From Podarcis cretensis (taxonomy: Eukaryota): a DNA stretch of 64,000 nt. Below the pieces are notes generated by a model. It made no database searches. It was not told the origin of the DNA and saw only the letters and a list, made by a program, of their open reading frames with translations. Below, one piece after another: positions 49,470-60,639 of the stretch. Each line of letters begins with the position of its first letter. Position 1 is the stretch's first letter. The stretch is from positions 74,090,001 to 74,154,000 of the forward strand of contig OX638151.1 in the NCBI GenBank assembly GCA_951804945.1, in the 5' to 3' direction. A program made the translations under genes and the position numbers.

Positions 49470-50462
49470 CTGTTTTAACAAAATGGTTAAAGTGTTCTTA
49501 TAAAGGAAACATACAGAAAGATGTCCTTAAAAGGACAGCTAGTCTTCTGAAATATTATTATTCACATTGTAATAACTGTCCTTGCTAGCTGGCATTAACT
49601 AAAATAAGAGAAATCTGTATAAAAGGAACTGATGAAAGGCTGGTATTCTTTCCATCAAAGTTTTTTCTAAAGACACATGAACTCCTAATGACATCTTTAT
49701 TCATAAGAGCTCAACCTTTCTACTGTATAGAAACTTTTATTCCTAAACTAAGTGAAAATGTTTTATATACTGCAGCATCAGTAGTAAGATAAGGTTAGAG
49801 AAGCACACTCAAATTTAATAGTTTCCCCAAAGCAGTCTCTCTCTCACTTTCTTCCCAAAGGACAAAGCAGTAGAAATATGCTTTCGTCAGAGATGCTTTA
49901 GCTGAAATAATATTTCTGCACTACAAGGAGGTTGGACTAGATGACCCTCAGGATCCCTTCTAACTCTACAATTCTATGATCCCACCCTCTTGATTGAGAA
50001 GTAATCCCCTCTACCTTCTTAGATAGTATAGAAATCAAGAACTATATAATATATCCATCTATATATAGATGGATGTGCTCCAATCTAACTACCTGGCATT
50101 TCAACCCAAACCCTTCCTTCATACATTCAACTAAATCCTGCCCCCCCCCCAAAAAAAGGGATCAGATTTTTTAAAAAAGAAACTATTCCAGAGTTTGATG
50201 TATCTTCACTGCAGTTGTCTGGATCCTTGGTTAGTTCTATTGGTGAAATGGGAGGAAGGTGACTTTTGGCGATTCCCCATCCCCCTGCAGCCCCTTGCAC
50301 CCTCTGAAAGCCTCTGGAGGGCTCAGGGACTCTCTGGAGCAGAGTGGTGGGGCTACAGGAGGAATTGGTGAAAAATGTCCTCCCTCCTTTTGATTGTGGG
50401 TTCCTCCACTGGACTGAAAGTTTTCTATAGATGGAAGGAACCCATCCATTTGTAGAAGGTTA

Positions 50463-50721
50463 CCGTATTTTTCACTCTATAAGGCACACCAGACCACAAG
50501 ACGCATCTAGTTTTTGGAGGAGGAAAACAAGAAAAAAAATAGTCTGAATCTCAGAAGCCAGAACAGCAAGAGGGATCACTGTGCAGTGAAAGCAGCAATC
50601 CCTCTTGCTGTTCTGGCTTCTGGGATAGCTGCGCAGCCTGCATTCGCTCCATAAGACGCACACACATTTCCCCTTACTTTTTAGGAGGGAAAAAGTGAGT
50701 CTTATAGAGCAAAAAATACGG
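50463..50721. mobile_element. Complete Tc2-like (TcMar) MITE
   Basis: TIR CCGTATTTTT(CA)CTCTATAAG / CTTATAGAGCAAAAAATACGG; TA TSD on both sides; internal 25-bp perfect hairpin. Confidence 0.88.
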
Positions 50722-50867
50722 TAATTTATGGACTAACTACACGTGAAGCTAGTGGCAGGATAGTATTTGTGACACTGATTTTGTTAAAATTAAATACCAG
50801 GCACATGGGGTGGTGAGGAGGATAGTCAACAGAACAGCAAGGGGAGGGGGAAGCATGGCTTTCTAAA

Positions 50868-51010
50868 TAGCTCAGTTGGTTAGAGAGGGGTGCTGATAAC
50901 ACCAAGGTTGCAGGTTCGATCCCCATATGGGACAGCTGCATATTCCTGCATTGCAGGAAGTTGGACTAGATGACCCTCAAGGTCCCTTCCTACTCTCCAG
51001 TTCTATGATT
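50868..51010 (+). mobile_element. tRNA-Ile-derived SINE with a CR1-type tail (lacertid POMSINE/Squam2-like)
   Basis: A box TAGCTCAGTTGG, B box GGTTCGATCCC, head resembling tRNA-Ile, fused to a ggactagatgaccctc...ttctatgatt CR1 tail. Confidence 0.8.
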
Positions 51011-51337
51011 TAAGCCTTCCCTCCCAGCCACAATCTCATTTAAAAGTCACACGAACACAGCCAAACATAGTAACTGGAGGTCCCGCTTCCACAAAATGCT
51101 AATTGCCCAAGCATTTATGTTTCGGGTATGCGTGACTTTTAATGAGATTAAGCCTCTCCTCCCATGCAGTGAAGCCAATAACTACTGCAGCTCCCCCAGC
51201 CTGGCATTTCATTTAAAAAACAACACTATTTCTGATCACATCATTAGCAGAATCCACACCATTAGCAGATCCACACCAATGTATGAAAAGACATTTGACT
51301 TGGGATGAACTGCAAACTAAAACACTGGACTTTAAGA

Positions 51338-51515
51338 GAAGGGCCATAGTTCAGAAACAGAGCATCTGAAACGCATGTGGAAGGTTTTAAGTTCAATCAC
51401 TTGGCATCTCCAGGAAGGGGAGGGAGAGAACCCTGCTTGAAATCCTGGAGAAACAATATAGAGCTAGATGGATCAGTGGTCTGAGTCATATAAGGCAGCT
51501 TCCTATGTTCCTATG
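51338..51515 (+). mobile_element. tRNA-derived SINE (Squam3-like), diverged
   Basis: agggccatag.tcag...gagcatctg...gttcaatc...ggcatctccagg head and aggcagcttcctatgttcctatg tail. Confidence 0.7.
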
Positions 51516-51710
51516 AACGCAACCTAGGGCTGTGGAGCAGTAAATTTTCTGCATCAGCAGTGAGTTGGACTAGGGGACCTTTGAGATGCCTTCAAACTCT
51601 ATGACTCTATGAAATCCAATTGTTCAGTTAGGCTGTCTTTAATATATTTTATACAGTAATTGAGTTCTTACAAAAGCTTGGTAAAAAGGATTAAATAGAA
51701 ACATTCTTAC

Positions 51711-51882
51711 TCTCATTGGGAAGTAGTATTTTATCTGGGAGAAGGTTTCCATGAGATGCGGTTCTAAACAAACGGGCACGAGCATTGCTGATTCTCCTAA
51801 TTTCCTCTGAATCTATTGGTGATTTAGGAGGTGAAATATGATGCTCCTCATTATTCCTGGGTGATGACAGCAACTTTGGCTT
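51711..51882 (-). CDS. ARMC2: ARMC2 coding exon 3, KPKLLSSPR...RRISNARARLFR...PNE
   Basis: aacag|AAG to GAGA|gtaaga, 172 nt. Confidence 0.93.
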
Positions 51883-52571
51883 CTGTTACAAGAAAAGATC
51901 TAATTTAACATGCAGGCGCTTGTAAGAATCAGAAGACGGAGGTTATTAACATTATGGGTCTTGCCATAATCTATTTATTGACAAATTTCTTCTCATAATA
52001 GTTTTTCCTGAGCAAGAAGTTCCACTAAACTTAAGCCAGTCTGTTTACTACTTCATTTTATCTTCCTGGTAAATAACAGGAGCTGACTCTGAGGTCTTAA
52101 GTGAATTCACAAAGGAACAAATACTCCGAAGGGTATTCTTGTTACAGACCACTGTAGTGAAATGCCACAAAACTTATTTACACACATTTCCAAAGATGGT
52201 TTTGGAAAGAAGGGGGGTGGGGAGAAGCAAGACATGGATGCTTCAGTATCAGCCTCTGTAATTTTACTTCCAATGGATAGGGCTAGGAATATGCCACAGT
52301 TCCATGAGACTGCAGAAAAAGCACCGAATGTGGTAGTGGGCATAAATTCACTTTCCTGATAATCTAATTGTAAAAAGCAAGTTCCTCCTGTGCTGTGTAA
52401 GAAATGCTTGCAGAGACCTAAGGAGCCAGAGAGGCAGCTGAAAAATACTTAAGTGATGGAAAGTGGCCTTAAGTGTCAATCTGCATTAAGTTTGCAGAAT
52501 GCAGTCTTTCTTGGCACATAATTTTAATGGAGCACAGAATACACAAAGCCCTGCTAAAAGATAATACATAC

Positions 52572-52644
52572 ATGGTCCAGTGGGCTTAGACGTGCACAAG
52601 AGACAGGCCTTGATTCAACCCATTCAAAGCTGGAAGCATGGAGA
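52572..52644 (-). CDS. ARMC2: ARMC2 coding exon 2, LHASSFEWVESRPVSCARLSPLDH
   Basis: ttccag|T to CAT|gtatgt, 73 nt; read manually. Confidence 0.92.
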
Positions 52645-53323
52645 CTGGAATGAAAAACAGAACATATTAATTAAATGTGTAGATAACATGTTTTTCTTCA
52701 CAAAGTACTTTCTATGTGCATACTAATGGAGTGAAAATTCTACCTCTGCCAAATTGCTTTACTGAAAATCGCTTTTTTGGAATGCAAAACAAAACACAGG
52801 TTAGAGAAGATGTAAAGAAAATAAAGGGGCTAGTTATATGACATGGTGCCTATTCTACTTCCTCAACGGCACAAGGAATAATGCTGCCTTATTCAGAGTC
52901 CCCTCTATGCTGGCTACTGAGCAGCCGTAATGGCAATCCATATCGTGATAGTGCTTCTCTTTTAGAAGCAATTCCTTTGGGAATGTCAAAATCAACAAGA
53001 GCAGGAGATGACACATCCAGAAAGCAAATGAGAGGTGCTTCAGCTTCCTACACATTAAACCTAATAATAGTTTTGGGTTGACAGTGAATACTTCTTTTCC
53101 TTTTAAAAGTTGTCAGAAACACTTCAGTTATTTCTAGCCAAACTTCTTATCAGCTACATCCATACAACAGGAAGCATGTACTCCCTACCAAAATTGATGG
53201 ACAATTTTATACCTGCGTTTTTATACTTCTCTAATTCACCTGAATCAATAGACAGACACTTAGATTTTATCTCCCATTGACACGGAATGTAGGGTTATAG
53301 CCCTTCCCTCCAAAACCCCATAC

Positions 53324-53541
53324 CTAAAAGCAGAAGGTGGTCTATTTTCAGGTGTTCTTGAAGACGCAGATCCAAAAAGCTTCCTTTGCTCCTCCCTTGG
53401 TGTGAACGGTCTTTGAGTCCTTAAAATCCTTAGTGTATTTCGTGCTTCATTTATTATCTCAGCACTGGTCTTCTGGACAGCTAATGGGGGCTTATAGAAA
53501 CCTTCTGAATATTCTACATTTTTGTTCTTTGAGGGCTTCAT
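53324..53541 (-). CDS. ARMC2: ARMC2 coding exon 1, MKPSKNK...RPPSAF(S); exon begins at 53580 with 39 nt of 5'UTR
   Basis: Acceptor gtacag| at 53581, ATG at 53541, donor AG|gtatgg; 218 coding nt. Confidence 0.94.
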
Positions 53542-53913
53542 TTTTCTGATAGAAATGAGTTTGCAGTAAGTACTCCAACACTGTACAGAAGAGATAGGAA
53601 ATATAAAACTTCTAGAAACTTGTTTGCAATGTCAGTATTTCAAGGTTCAGATCACACTCTGATGAACATCTAATCCCTGTGTTTCCCACTGCATTGGTCA
53701 TTAGTTCATGCTGCTCAGCCATCTGTCTGCACCACAGATTAGCATGGTCAGTCTAGTCTGCATGGCAGCAGAAGCTATTCTGCTTCAGGATTCTCCAGTG
53801 CTGCTTTGTTTCTGCTATTGATATATTTGTGTTACTTCCTGATACAATTAAAGTAATCAGCAGCACATGCAAGTGCAAATGCACCCTTAAAGCATCAAGA
53901 CCATTACGAAATG

Positions 53914-54155
53914 CAGTGGTACCTCGGGTTGCATACGCTTCAGGTTATATACACTTCAGGTTACAGACTCCGCTAACCCAGAAATATCACCTCGGGTTAA
54001 GAACTTTGCTTCAGGATTAGAACAGAAATCGTGCTCCGGCGGCGCGGTGGCAGAAGGAGGCCCCATTAGCTAAAGTGGTGCTTCAGGTTAAGAACAGTTT
54101 CAGGTTAAGAACGCACCTCCGGAACGAATTAAGTTCTTAACCCGAGGTACCACTG
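53914..54155. mobile_element. Non-autonomous Tc1/mariner (Tigger/pogo-like) element
   Basis: TIR CAGTGGTACCTCGGGTT / AACCCGAGGTACCACTG; TA on the right, TG on the left; internal repeated caggttaagaac motifs. Confidence 0.87.
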
Positions 54156-54297
54156 TAAAACATTATGTCAGACAATCTCTAAATTCACAGAACCTATGCA
54201 CAGCATAGCCTTCCCCATCAGATATGGCTGCTTTAAATAAATGCAATAATAACAATAATAAATTATTGCTTTCAGAATCTAAAATATTTATTTGCAG

Positions 54298-54664
54298 AGG
54301 TGGCGCTGTGGGTTAAAGCCTCAGCGCCTAGGGCTTGCCGATCGAAAGGTCGGCGGTTCGAATCCCTGTGGCGGGGTGCGCTCCCGCTGCTCGGTCCCAG
54401 CGCCTGCCAACCTAGCAGTTCGAAAGCACCTCCGGGTGCAAGTAGATAAATAGGGACCGCTTACCAGCGGGAAGGTAAACGGCGTTTCCGTGTGCGGCTC
54501 TGGCTCTGGCTCTGGCCAGAGCAGCGATGTCACGCTGGCCACGTGACCCGGAAGTGTCTCCGTACAGCGCTGGCCCCTGGCCTCTTAAGTGAGATGGGCG
54601 CACAACCCCAGAGTCTGTCAAGACTGGCCCGTACGGGCAGGGGTACCTTTACCTTTACCTTTAC
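54298..54664 (+). mobile_element. Sauria SINE young copy C (lacks the first ~7 nt)
   Basis: Four substitutions relative to copy A over about 360 bp; (ACCTTT)n tail; no TSD visible. Confidence 0.92.
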
Positions 54665-55058
54665 TATGCGGCCCATGGTAAGATGTAAGATGAGCTTAAT
54701 ACACACATGAAAGTAATGCTTATGTGATGAGGGCATTTTGTCTACAGTGTATTGTTTATATAGGATGACAAGCTGGATATTTTTTGTCTTTTCAGTGCAT
54801 TTCTGTAGTAAGGCTTACTGAACATTTTCTTCCTGTTCAGCAAAAAAATCCTGGATAATAAACCAAATTTGAAAAATCCCCTTGGGGTGTTATTGGGAGC
54901 TATTGGTATGCATGTGGGGTGGTTGTTGATCAGAGTAGAAGAGCAGTATTTAAACTCTATGGTCTCCTGGAGGACTTCCAACATACATTTAAGGCCATTT
55001 TGGAAAGTGTCCTGGATATTCCATCTGAACTATGTCAGAGTATCTCCTGTGTGATTTT

Positions 55059-55975
55059 TTTTTCCGAATACATTTTTATTAAAGTTATACACAAAACAGA
55101 CATATAAAAAAGAAATATATATATATATATATATACAGAAAAGATTACAAAAAAGGGGTCACTACAACAGAGATATACAAGCCAACTTTTTCCTTTTTCC
55201 AACTATACAAAGAAAATAATTTAGCTACATCGTGCAAAAAAAAAAGAAAAGAAAAAGAAAAGAAAAGAAAAACACCCTAGACTCCCTTCCACCCTTTTGG
55301 TAAGTATCGAATATCTACTTCCATTACGTATTTGATTTTTAATCTATAATCCTAAATTCACTCGCTGGTAGTATTGTTCTAACCCCGCCAGTTCACATTA
55401 GACATTTATTCCAATATAGTTCCAGTATTTACTCCAATTTTTCAGATATTTCTGTTCATCTTGATCTCTTATTTTACCTGTTAATTTATCAAGCTCAGCA
55501 TAATTTACCATTTTAATCTGCCAGTCATTTATGCTGGGGATGGTTTCCACTTTCCAGTATTGTGCCAACATAATTCTCGCTGCTGTGGTGGCATAGAGGA
55601 ATATCGTCTTGTCTTCCTTTTTGATTTCTTTGTCCGTCATTCCCAGCAAAAAGGCTTCAGGTCTTTTGGGAAAAGTGTACTTAAGTATTTTTTTAAGCTC
55701 ATTATAAAGTGATTCCCAAAATCCTTTCACCTTTTTACATGTCCACCATAAATGATATAGATCACCCTCCACCTCACCACACTTCCAGCATTTCTTATCC
55801 TTTAATCTATACATTTTGGCCAATTTCACAGGGGTGTGGTACCACCTATATAACATCTTCCAAACATTTTCTCTCAGTGCCATACATGCTGTAAACTTTA
55901 TGTTACAATTCCACACTTCCGACCACCTTTCGAAATCGATGTTATAACCAAAGTCAATCGATGTTATAACCAAAG
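55059..55975 (-). mobile_element. Young 5'-truncated L1-clade LINE (ORF2 C-terminus, 3'UTR and poly(A))
   Basis: Uninterrupted ORF with zinc knuckle CWKC-x8-H-x4-C, stop at 55398, AATAAA at 55080-55075, A-tail, 14-bp TSD TCCTGTGTGATTTT (55045-55058 / 55976-55989). Confidence 0.92.
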
Positions 55976-57088
55976 TCCTGTGTGATTTTCTAACTTCCGT
56001 CAGTATACAATTTATAACTTTACATTTTACAACTTCTACCTGCATTATGCATGTGGTAGCTGCATTACTGAGGGACTAAGGCAGGCCAGAAACACTCAGC
56101 TGATGGGCCAGGTGGTTGTGATCCCACTTTCCCACAACTTTAGAGCCTATGTGGATTAGCCCATTCAAAGATGCAACTTTTGGAACCTGGGAGAGAAAGG
56201 CACACTCAGATAACTCAAGCTTCCTTGCAGTACTGAAGTGCCAATGATTATTATCCTACTGCTTTATTATTAATGGCAAAGAAACAATGGAGAAGTACAG
56301 TGAGCACAGAACATCACTTACCAGCGGGAAGGAAGTCACACAAACATATGCACAAAAGATACTCACCAAAGGATTCACTGCTATGCACTTTCAGGGCCAA
56401 ACACAACAGTTTCCTGACTCCATAGAAAACTTCATTAAATAACCATATAAACACCCACAAGCTGAAGATGTGGTAAACACTACAATGATGATATCACAGC
56501 AGGATCTGAATGATAAAAAGAAAACATTTACTGTCAAAACAAACAAGACAAGTTATCAGTGCTATCTAGGGATTGTTCTAATAGAAAATGTAAACCGAAA
56601 CTACAGCCAAAAAGAACAAACACTAATATCCTACACAAGACAGATCATCAACTTAAAAAATGCAAGCTCCAGACAGTCCATATCTCAATGAAAGATTTCT
56701 TGCACATTTATGCAGCTTAAGGCAACATGCCAACTCAATTTCTTTGTAGATAACCAACAAAAATCTAACCAGAATATTTATTGTTAATTTGTTGCCTCCT
56801 CTGCATAAAAAGGCATGGCAGTTTGACTTCTAGAAAAAACTTCTCAGGACTTTGCGTAATGTGCTTCTTTCCAAACCACTTCTTTTTAAGCACAAACTCC
56901 ACAGCCATTACAGTATTACATTCTTTCAAGGAATCCAAGTTTCTTACTGAACAGTAACTGGGACCTACTTCACACATGCATATACACACTTGATTTCTCT
57001 GTACTTCTTTAATGTACAGTGGATGACTGGCAGGTGAATGCAGGTTTCTCAAAGAGGTTGGTCTGCTATTATGGCTTTTCTCACTTAG

Positions 57089-57446
57089 GTAAAGGTAAAG
57101 GTACCCCTGCCCGTACGGGCCAGTCTTGACAGACTCTAGGGTTGTGCGCTCATCTCACTCTAGAGGCCGGAAGCCAGCACTGTCCGCAGACACTTCCGGG
57201 TCACGTGACCAGCGTGACAAGCTGCATCTGGCGAGCCAGCGCAGCACACGGAATGCCGTTTACCTTCCCGCTGGTAAGCGGTCCCTATTTATCTACTTGC
57301 ACCCGGGGGTGCTTTCGAACTGCTAGGTTGGCAGGCGCTGGGACCGAACGACGGGAGCACACCCCGCCGCGGGGATTCGAACCGCCAACCATGCGATCGG
57401 CAAGTCCTAGGCGCTGAGGTTTTACCCACAGCACCACCCGCGTCCT
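57089..57446 (-). mobile_element. Sauria SINE full-length copy D (distinct subfamily)
   Basis: Reverse complement of the family with a different central segment; 13-bp TSD TTTTCTCACTTAG (57076-57088 / 57447-57459). Confidence 0.92.
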
Positions 57447-59096
57447 TTTTCTCACTTAGAAATCATTTTAAAAGCTTTTGAGAAACCTTCAATGGAATAG
57501 GCTGAAAACAACTGCTCTTAGGTATGCCAACTGGCCTCTGAAATTCAACATGCGGAAAATGCAGCTGGGAAACTACACATTCATTGAACGCTGAGCAAGT
57601 TGGAGGGATTTATTGGCAGGAAGAACTTCCTGCCAGACCTTTTCAGAACCATAGGCTGTGCCAACAAAATTTTAAGTTTTTAAAGTTTTTAAGTGTTAAG
57701 TTCTTATTTCAGTAGTTACACGGACTTTTCTATAACGGTTAGATGTATGTATGTATGTTTGTATGTATGTATGTGAAAATACAATTCAGTATATGGTAAC
57801 CCAGTTCACACATCAACCATGGCTCAGCATGTGGGCTTCTGAAGTGAAAATCCCGACTGCTGTACTCCTCATCCAATCCTGCTGCTGCTGTGCTATCTGG
57901 GGCTAAGCTATGGTTTGGCTTTGGGCTCATCCATACTGTCATTTGATGTGGATAGTAAACTTCACATACTTCCATTAATTGTTAGCTATCTCACCAAACT
58001 ACAATACCCAGGGTTCCTTTGAGGAAGTCCTGAGAGTTAAAATGATGAGTGAACTATACAAATTGTTAGAGTAGATTAACAAACAAACCAATTTTCTAAT
58101 CTGGAAAATTGCATCAGATACGTATATTTTTTGTGAGTTTTTGTTTATGTTTCATTTTTGTTTCTTCTCTTCTATCACAAACTCCAAGCTGGAGTCATGA
58201 TTTTGGCTTGTAAGTACTAACAGTAGGTTATATTTTAATTAAATAAGTGCTATAATCAAATGATAAATTAAGTTTGCGACAGGAATATAAACAGAAACAA
58301 AATCTTTCAGTTTCAATTTCTATTATACTCCCTGTTGCAGTGTGAAGTTTTAGAACACCTTAACAATTCTTATGTCGCTGGTCTCAGTCTTTGAAGAATG
58401 AGTCATTTCCTTCTACTTTAAAATCCTTACATTTTGCTCTAGAGATATACCATTTATTGGATTTTAATATTTGCTCTCTTTTAATTAAGTAACTGGCAAC
58501 CTGGGAGACATGAATACATTCTGTACTGTAGCAGAAGCATAGCCCATGACATGTTCTAATTAAGTTTCAATCAAATCTCCTTTCGATCTTAAATTGTCTG
58601 CCTTACAAGTACATTTATGATGGAGGCGTTGATTGCAGAGCCATAGTCAAGCCTGCAAACAGACTTTTATTACAAAAAAAATTTCCTGTCTCCTCACTTA
58701 CCACATTTTGACCAACTCTGCTCATAATGAAAAAGTTATGATTTATTCGTAGGATATGGCATAATTCCCTCAAAAATAATAAAACACACATTATTAAAAA
58801 CATGCTCCTTCAGTATTTGTGTTTTATGTTTTATTTGAATAATGAAGGAGCCACATATCCTTAATCTGAATGGCATTCCTACACTGGAAGAACCATCATG
58901 TCTTTGAAATAAAGACTAATCTGAATTCTGAGGAAAAAATAAAAGTTAGCAGCACATCAGAGCTGCTTTCCCCCCAGTGATTTGAAAAGATTAAAAACTC
59001 ACAAAGAATCGTGCTGATCGGGTCTCAGGAAGGGAATTCAGGAGAGGAAGGATGAAATTTGTTTTTCTTCTGTTGAAGCCCCCCTAAGGCCGTTGC

Positions 59097-59278
59097 CAGA
59101 GGCATACCTAGGCCCCCTTGCACCCCAGGCAAGAAGCTAACAGTGCTGCCAGCTGGCCAGAGAGGAGGCCCTACAGGCCTGCTATGATGGAGTCAGAGTG
59201 GAAGGGTGTGATTTATACGCCCCCCTTAACCTGGGCCCTTGGCAGGGCCAACCTTACCAACACTTAGGTACACCCCTG
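59097..59278. mobile_element. Old hAT (Tip100-like) MITE
   Basis: Imperfect TIR CAGAGGCATACCTAGG / CTTAGGTACACCCCTG; TSD decayed. Confidence 0.5.
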
Positions 59279-60087
59279 GCTATCACTGTCTATGTAGCAC
59301 TAGAGGATTTAGGTTTAGGGCTTCCTACTTGCCTTGATTTATTCTCAACTCTCTTTTTTTAATAGCAGGGGTGAGGATGCTGGAAAATATTAGGCGTGTC
59401 CCTTTCCCCTTTCTTTCATTCTGAAACATACCAGTATAGTCCAAGGAAGGGAGTTTATTTTAACTCTAAAAGCATACACCACCACCCAATTCTAATCTCC
59501 CCACCCTCCAGAATACTTACTTTTTATATATTTTAGTGTTTTAGTGTATGCCACTCTAATACCCTTAGGGAGAGAGGGATATAAATGGTTTTAAACAAAT
59601 AAGTTAATAAATAACTATAAACTGCTATTGAGCATGCCCATTTCTTCTCCTCCTTCCTCTACAAATGGATACCCTTGCATTTCTATATCCTGAAAGGAAA
59701 CATGTGCTTGTTGCACTGTATTTGGAGTGTGTGTTTTAGATTATTACAAACTTCTATATACATTTTTTTAAAAAATTGGTTACCCAACAGGCACTCAGTT
59801 GCCTAAGTTCACAATAAGTTAGGGACCAATTTAAGATAGCCAGACTACAAACAAATTATAAGATCATCCTTTTGTCTTCATTTGTCACAGTTTTCCAAAC
59901 TCTTTTAAATAACAGTTTTCAGGCCTGGTGTAACTTGAGATATTCAGATTATTTCTGAACCAATCATTGATACTTCAAAGGAATCAGAAGAATCAGTGCA
60001 GCTGGCACAACTTCCCCACCACAGTTGTTTTAAATGAATTTAAATGAATCTACTAGCTGGGGCTTTTCACAACCACCACCCCTGCCT

Positions 60088-60112
60088 TACACACACACAC
60101 ACACACACACAC
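60088..60112. repeat. (AC)n microsatellite
   Basis: Directly visible. Confidence 0.9.
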
Positions 60113-60639
60113 TTACTTTCTGAGCAGAAGCAGCCATATACATATAGGCTAGATAGTGTGGGATAACTTCAATATAGTTATAACAGGAACTCAGCTTCAA
60201 AGAAATACCACATGATTTAAATAGCTGGGTTCACAATTACTCCTAGGTTTCTGACCGACACAGCAGCCTTATGCATATTATATTTTTGCACAGGCATTTA
60301 TGTATTTGCTATTCACAACAATTCACACAACAAGCCGGTTCTAGAGAGAACCGAGTTGGTACCAGCGTGGTTCTTTTTGTCTTTAAGGCTACATTTGCTA
60401 CATATTTACCTATTTAACTTTTAGTATCTTCTAGGAATAGATGCATTTCTAACAACCACCAGCAAACCTCAATCTCAGTCCAAGGCTTGAGTGCAGATGG
60501 GCACCCCTGATGCCATCCGCCAAGAGGGTTGGCAGCCCAGGAAAAGTCCAGTAACTCACTCACACAGACAGACAGACGGACGGAGGTATATAGAAGGAGA
60601 ATCTAGGCAGTCAGGCCAGGAAGTCCTTAGCAGTTCCTG

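Larger units (their letters stand above)
25757..53541 (-). other. ARMC2: ARMC2 gene span (start codon to stop codon), 17 coding exons, 2547 nt CDS = 848 aa
   Basis: Exons join in frame with GT-AG boundaries. The protein matches recalled ARMC2 motifs (KTSAEII.EARN.LR..RTQRPFTP, KNLLNVCKL.FKISRNEKND, DCLRD.GPTDWQLACL, WETEFKPVAQ). Confidence 0.96.

Noticed and set aside
50868-50936. tRNA-Ile-like sequence with a GAT anticodon
   Set aside because: The 5' acceptor stem is missing, stems carry CpG-decay mismatches, and it is fused directly to a CR1-type tail. It is a SINE head, not a tRNA gene.
55398-56045. 215-aa ORF as an independent gene
   Set aside because: It is the C-terminus of L1 ORF2 inside a TSD-flanked truncated insertion. 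Its N-terminal part is flanking DNA, and the listed start is in a non-promoter intronic context.
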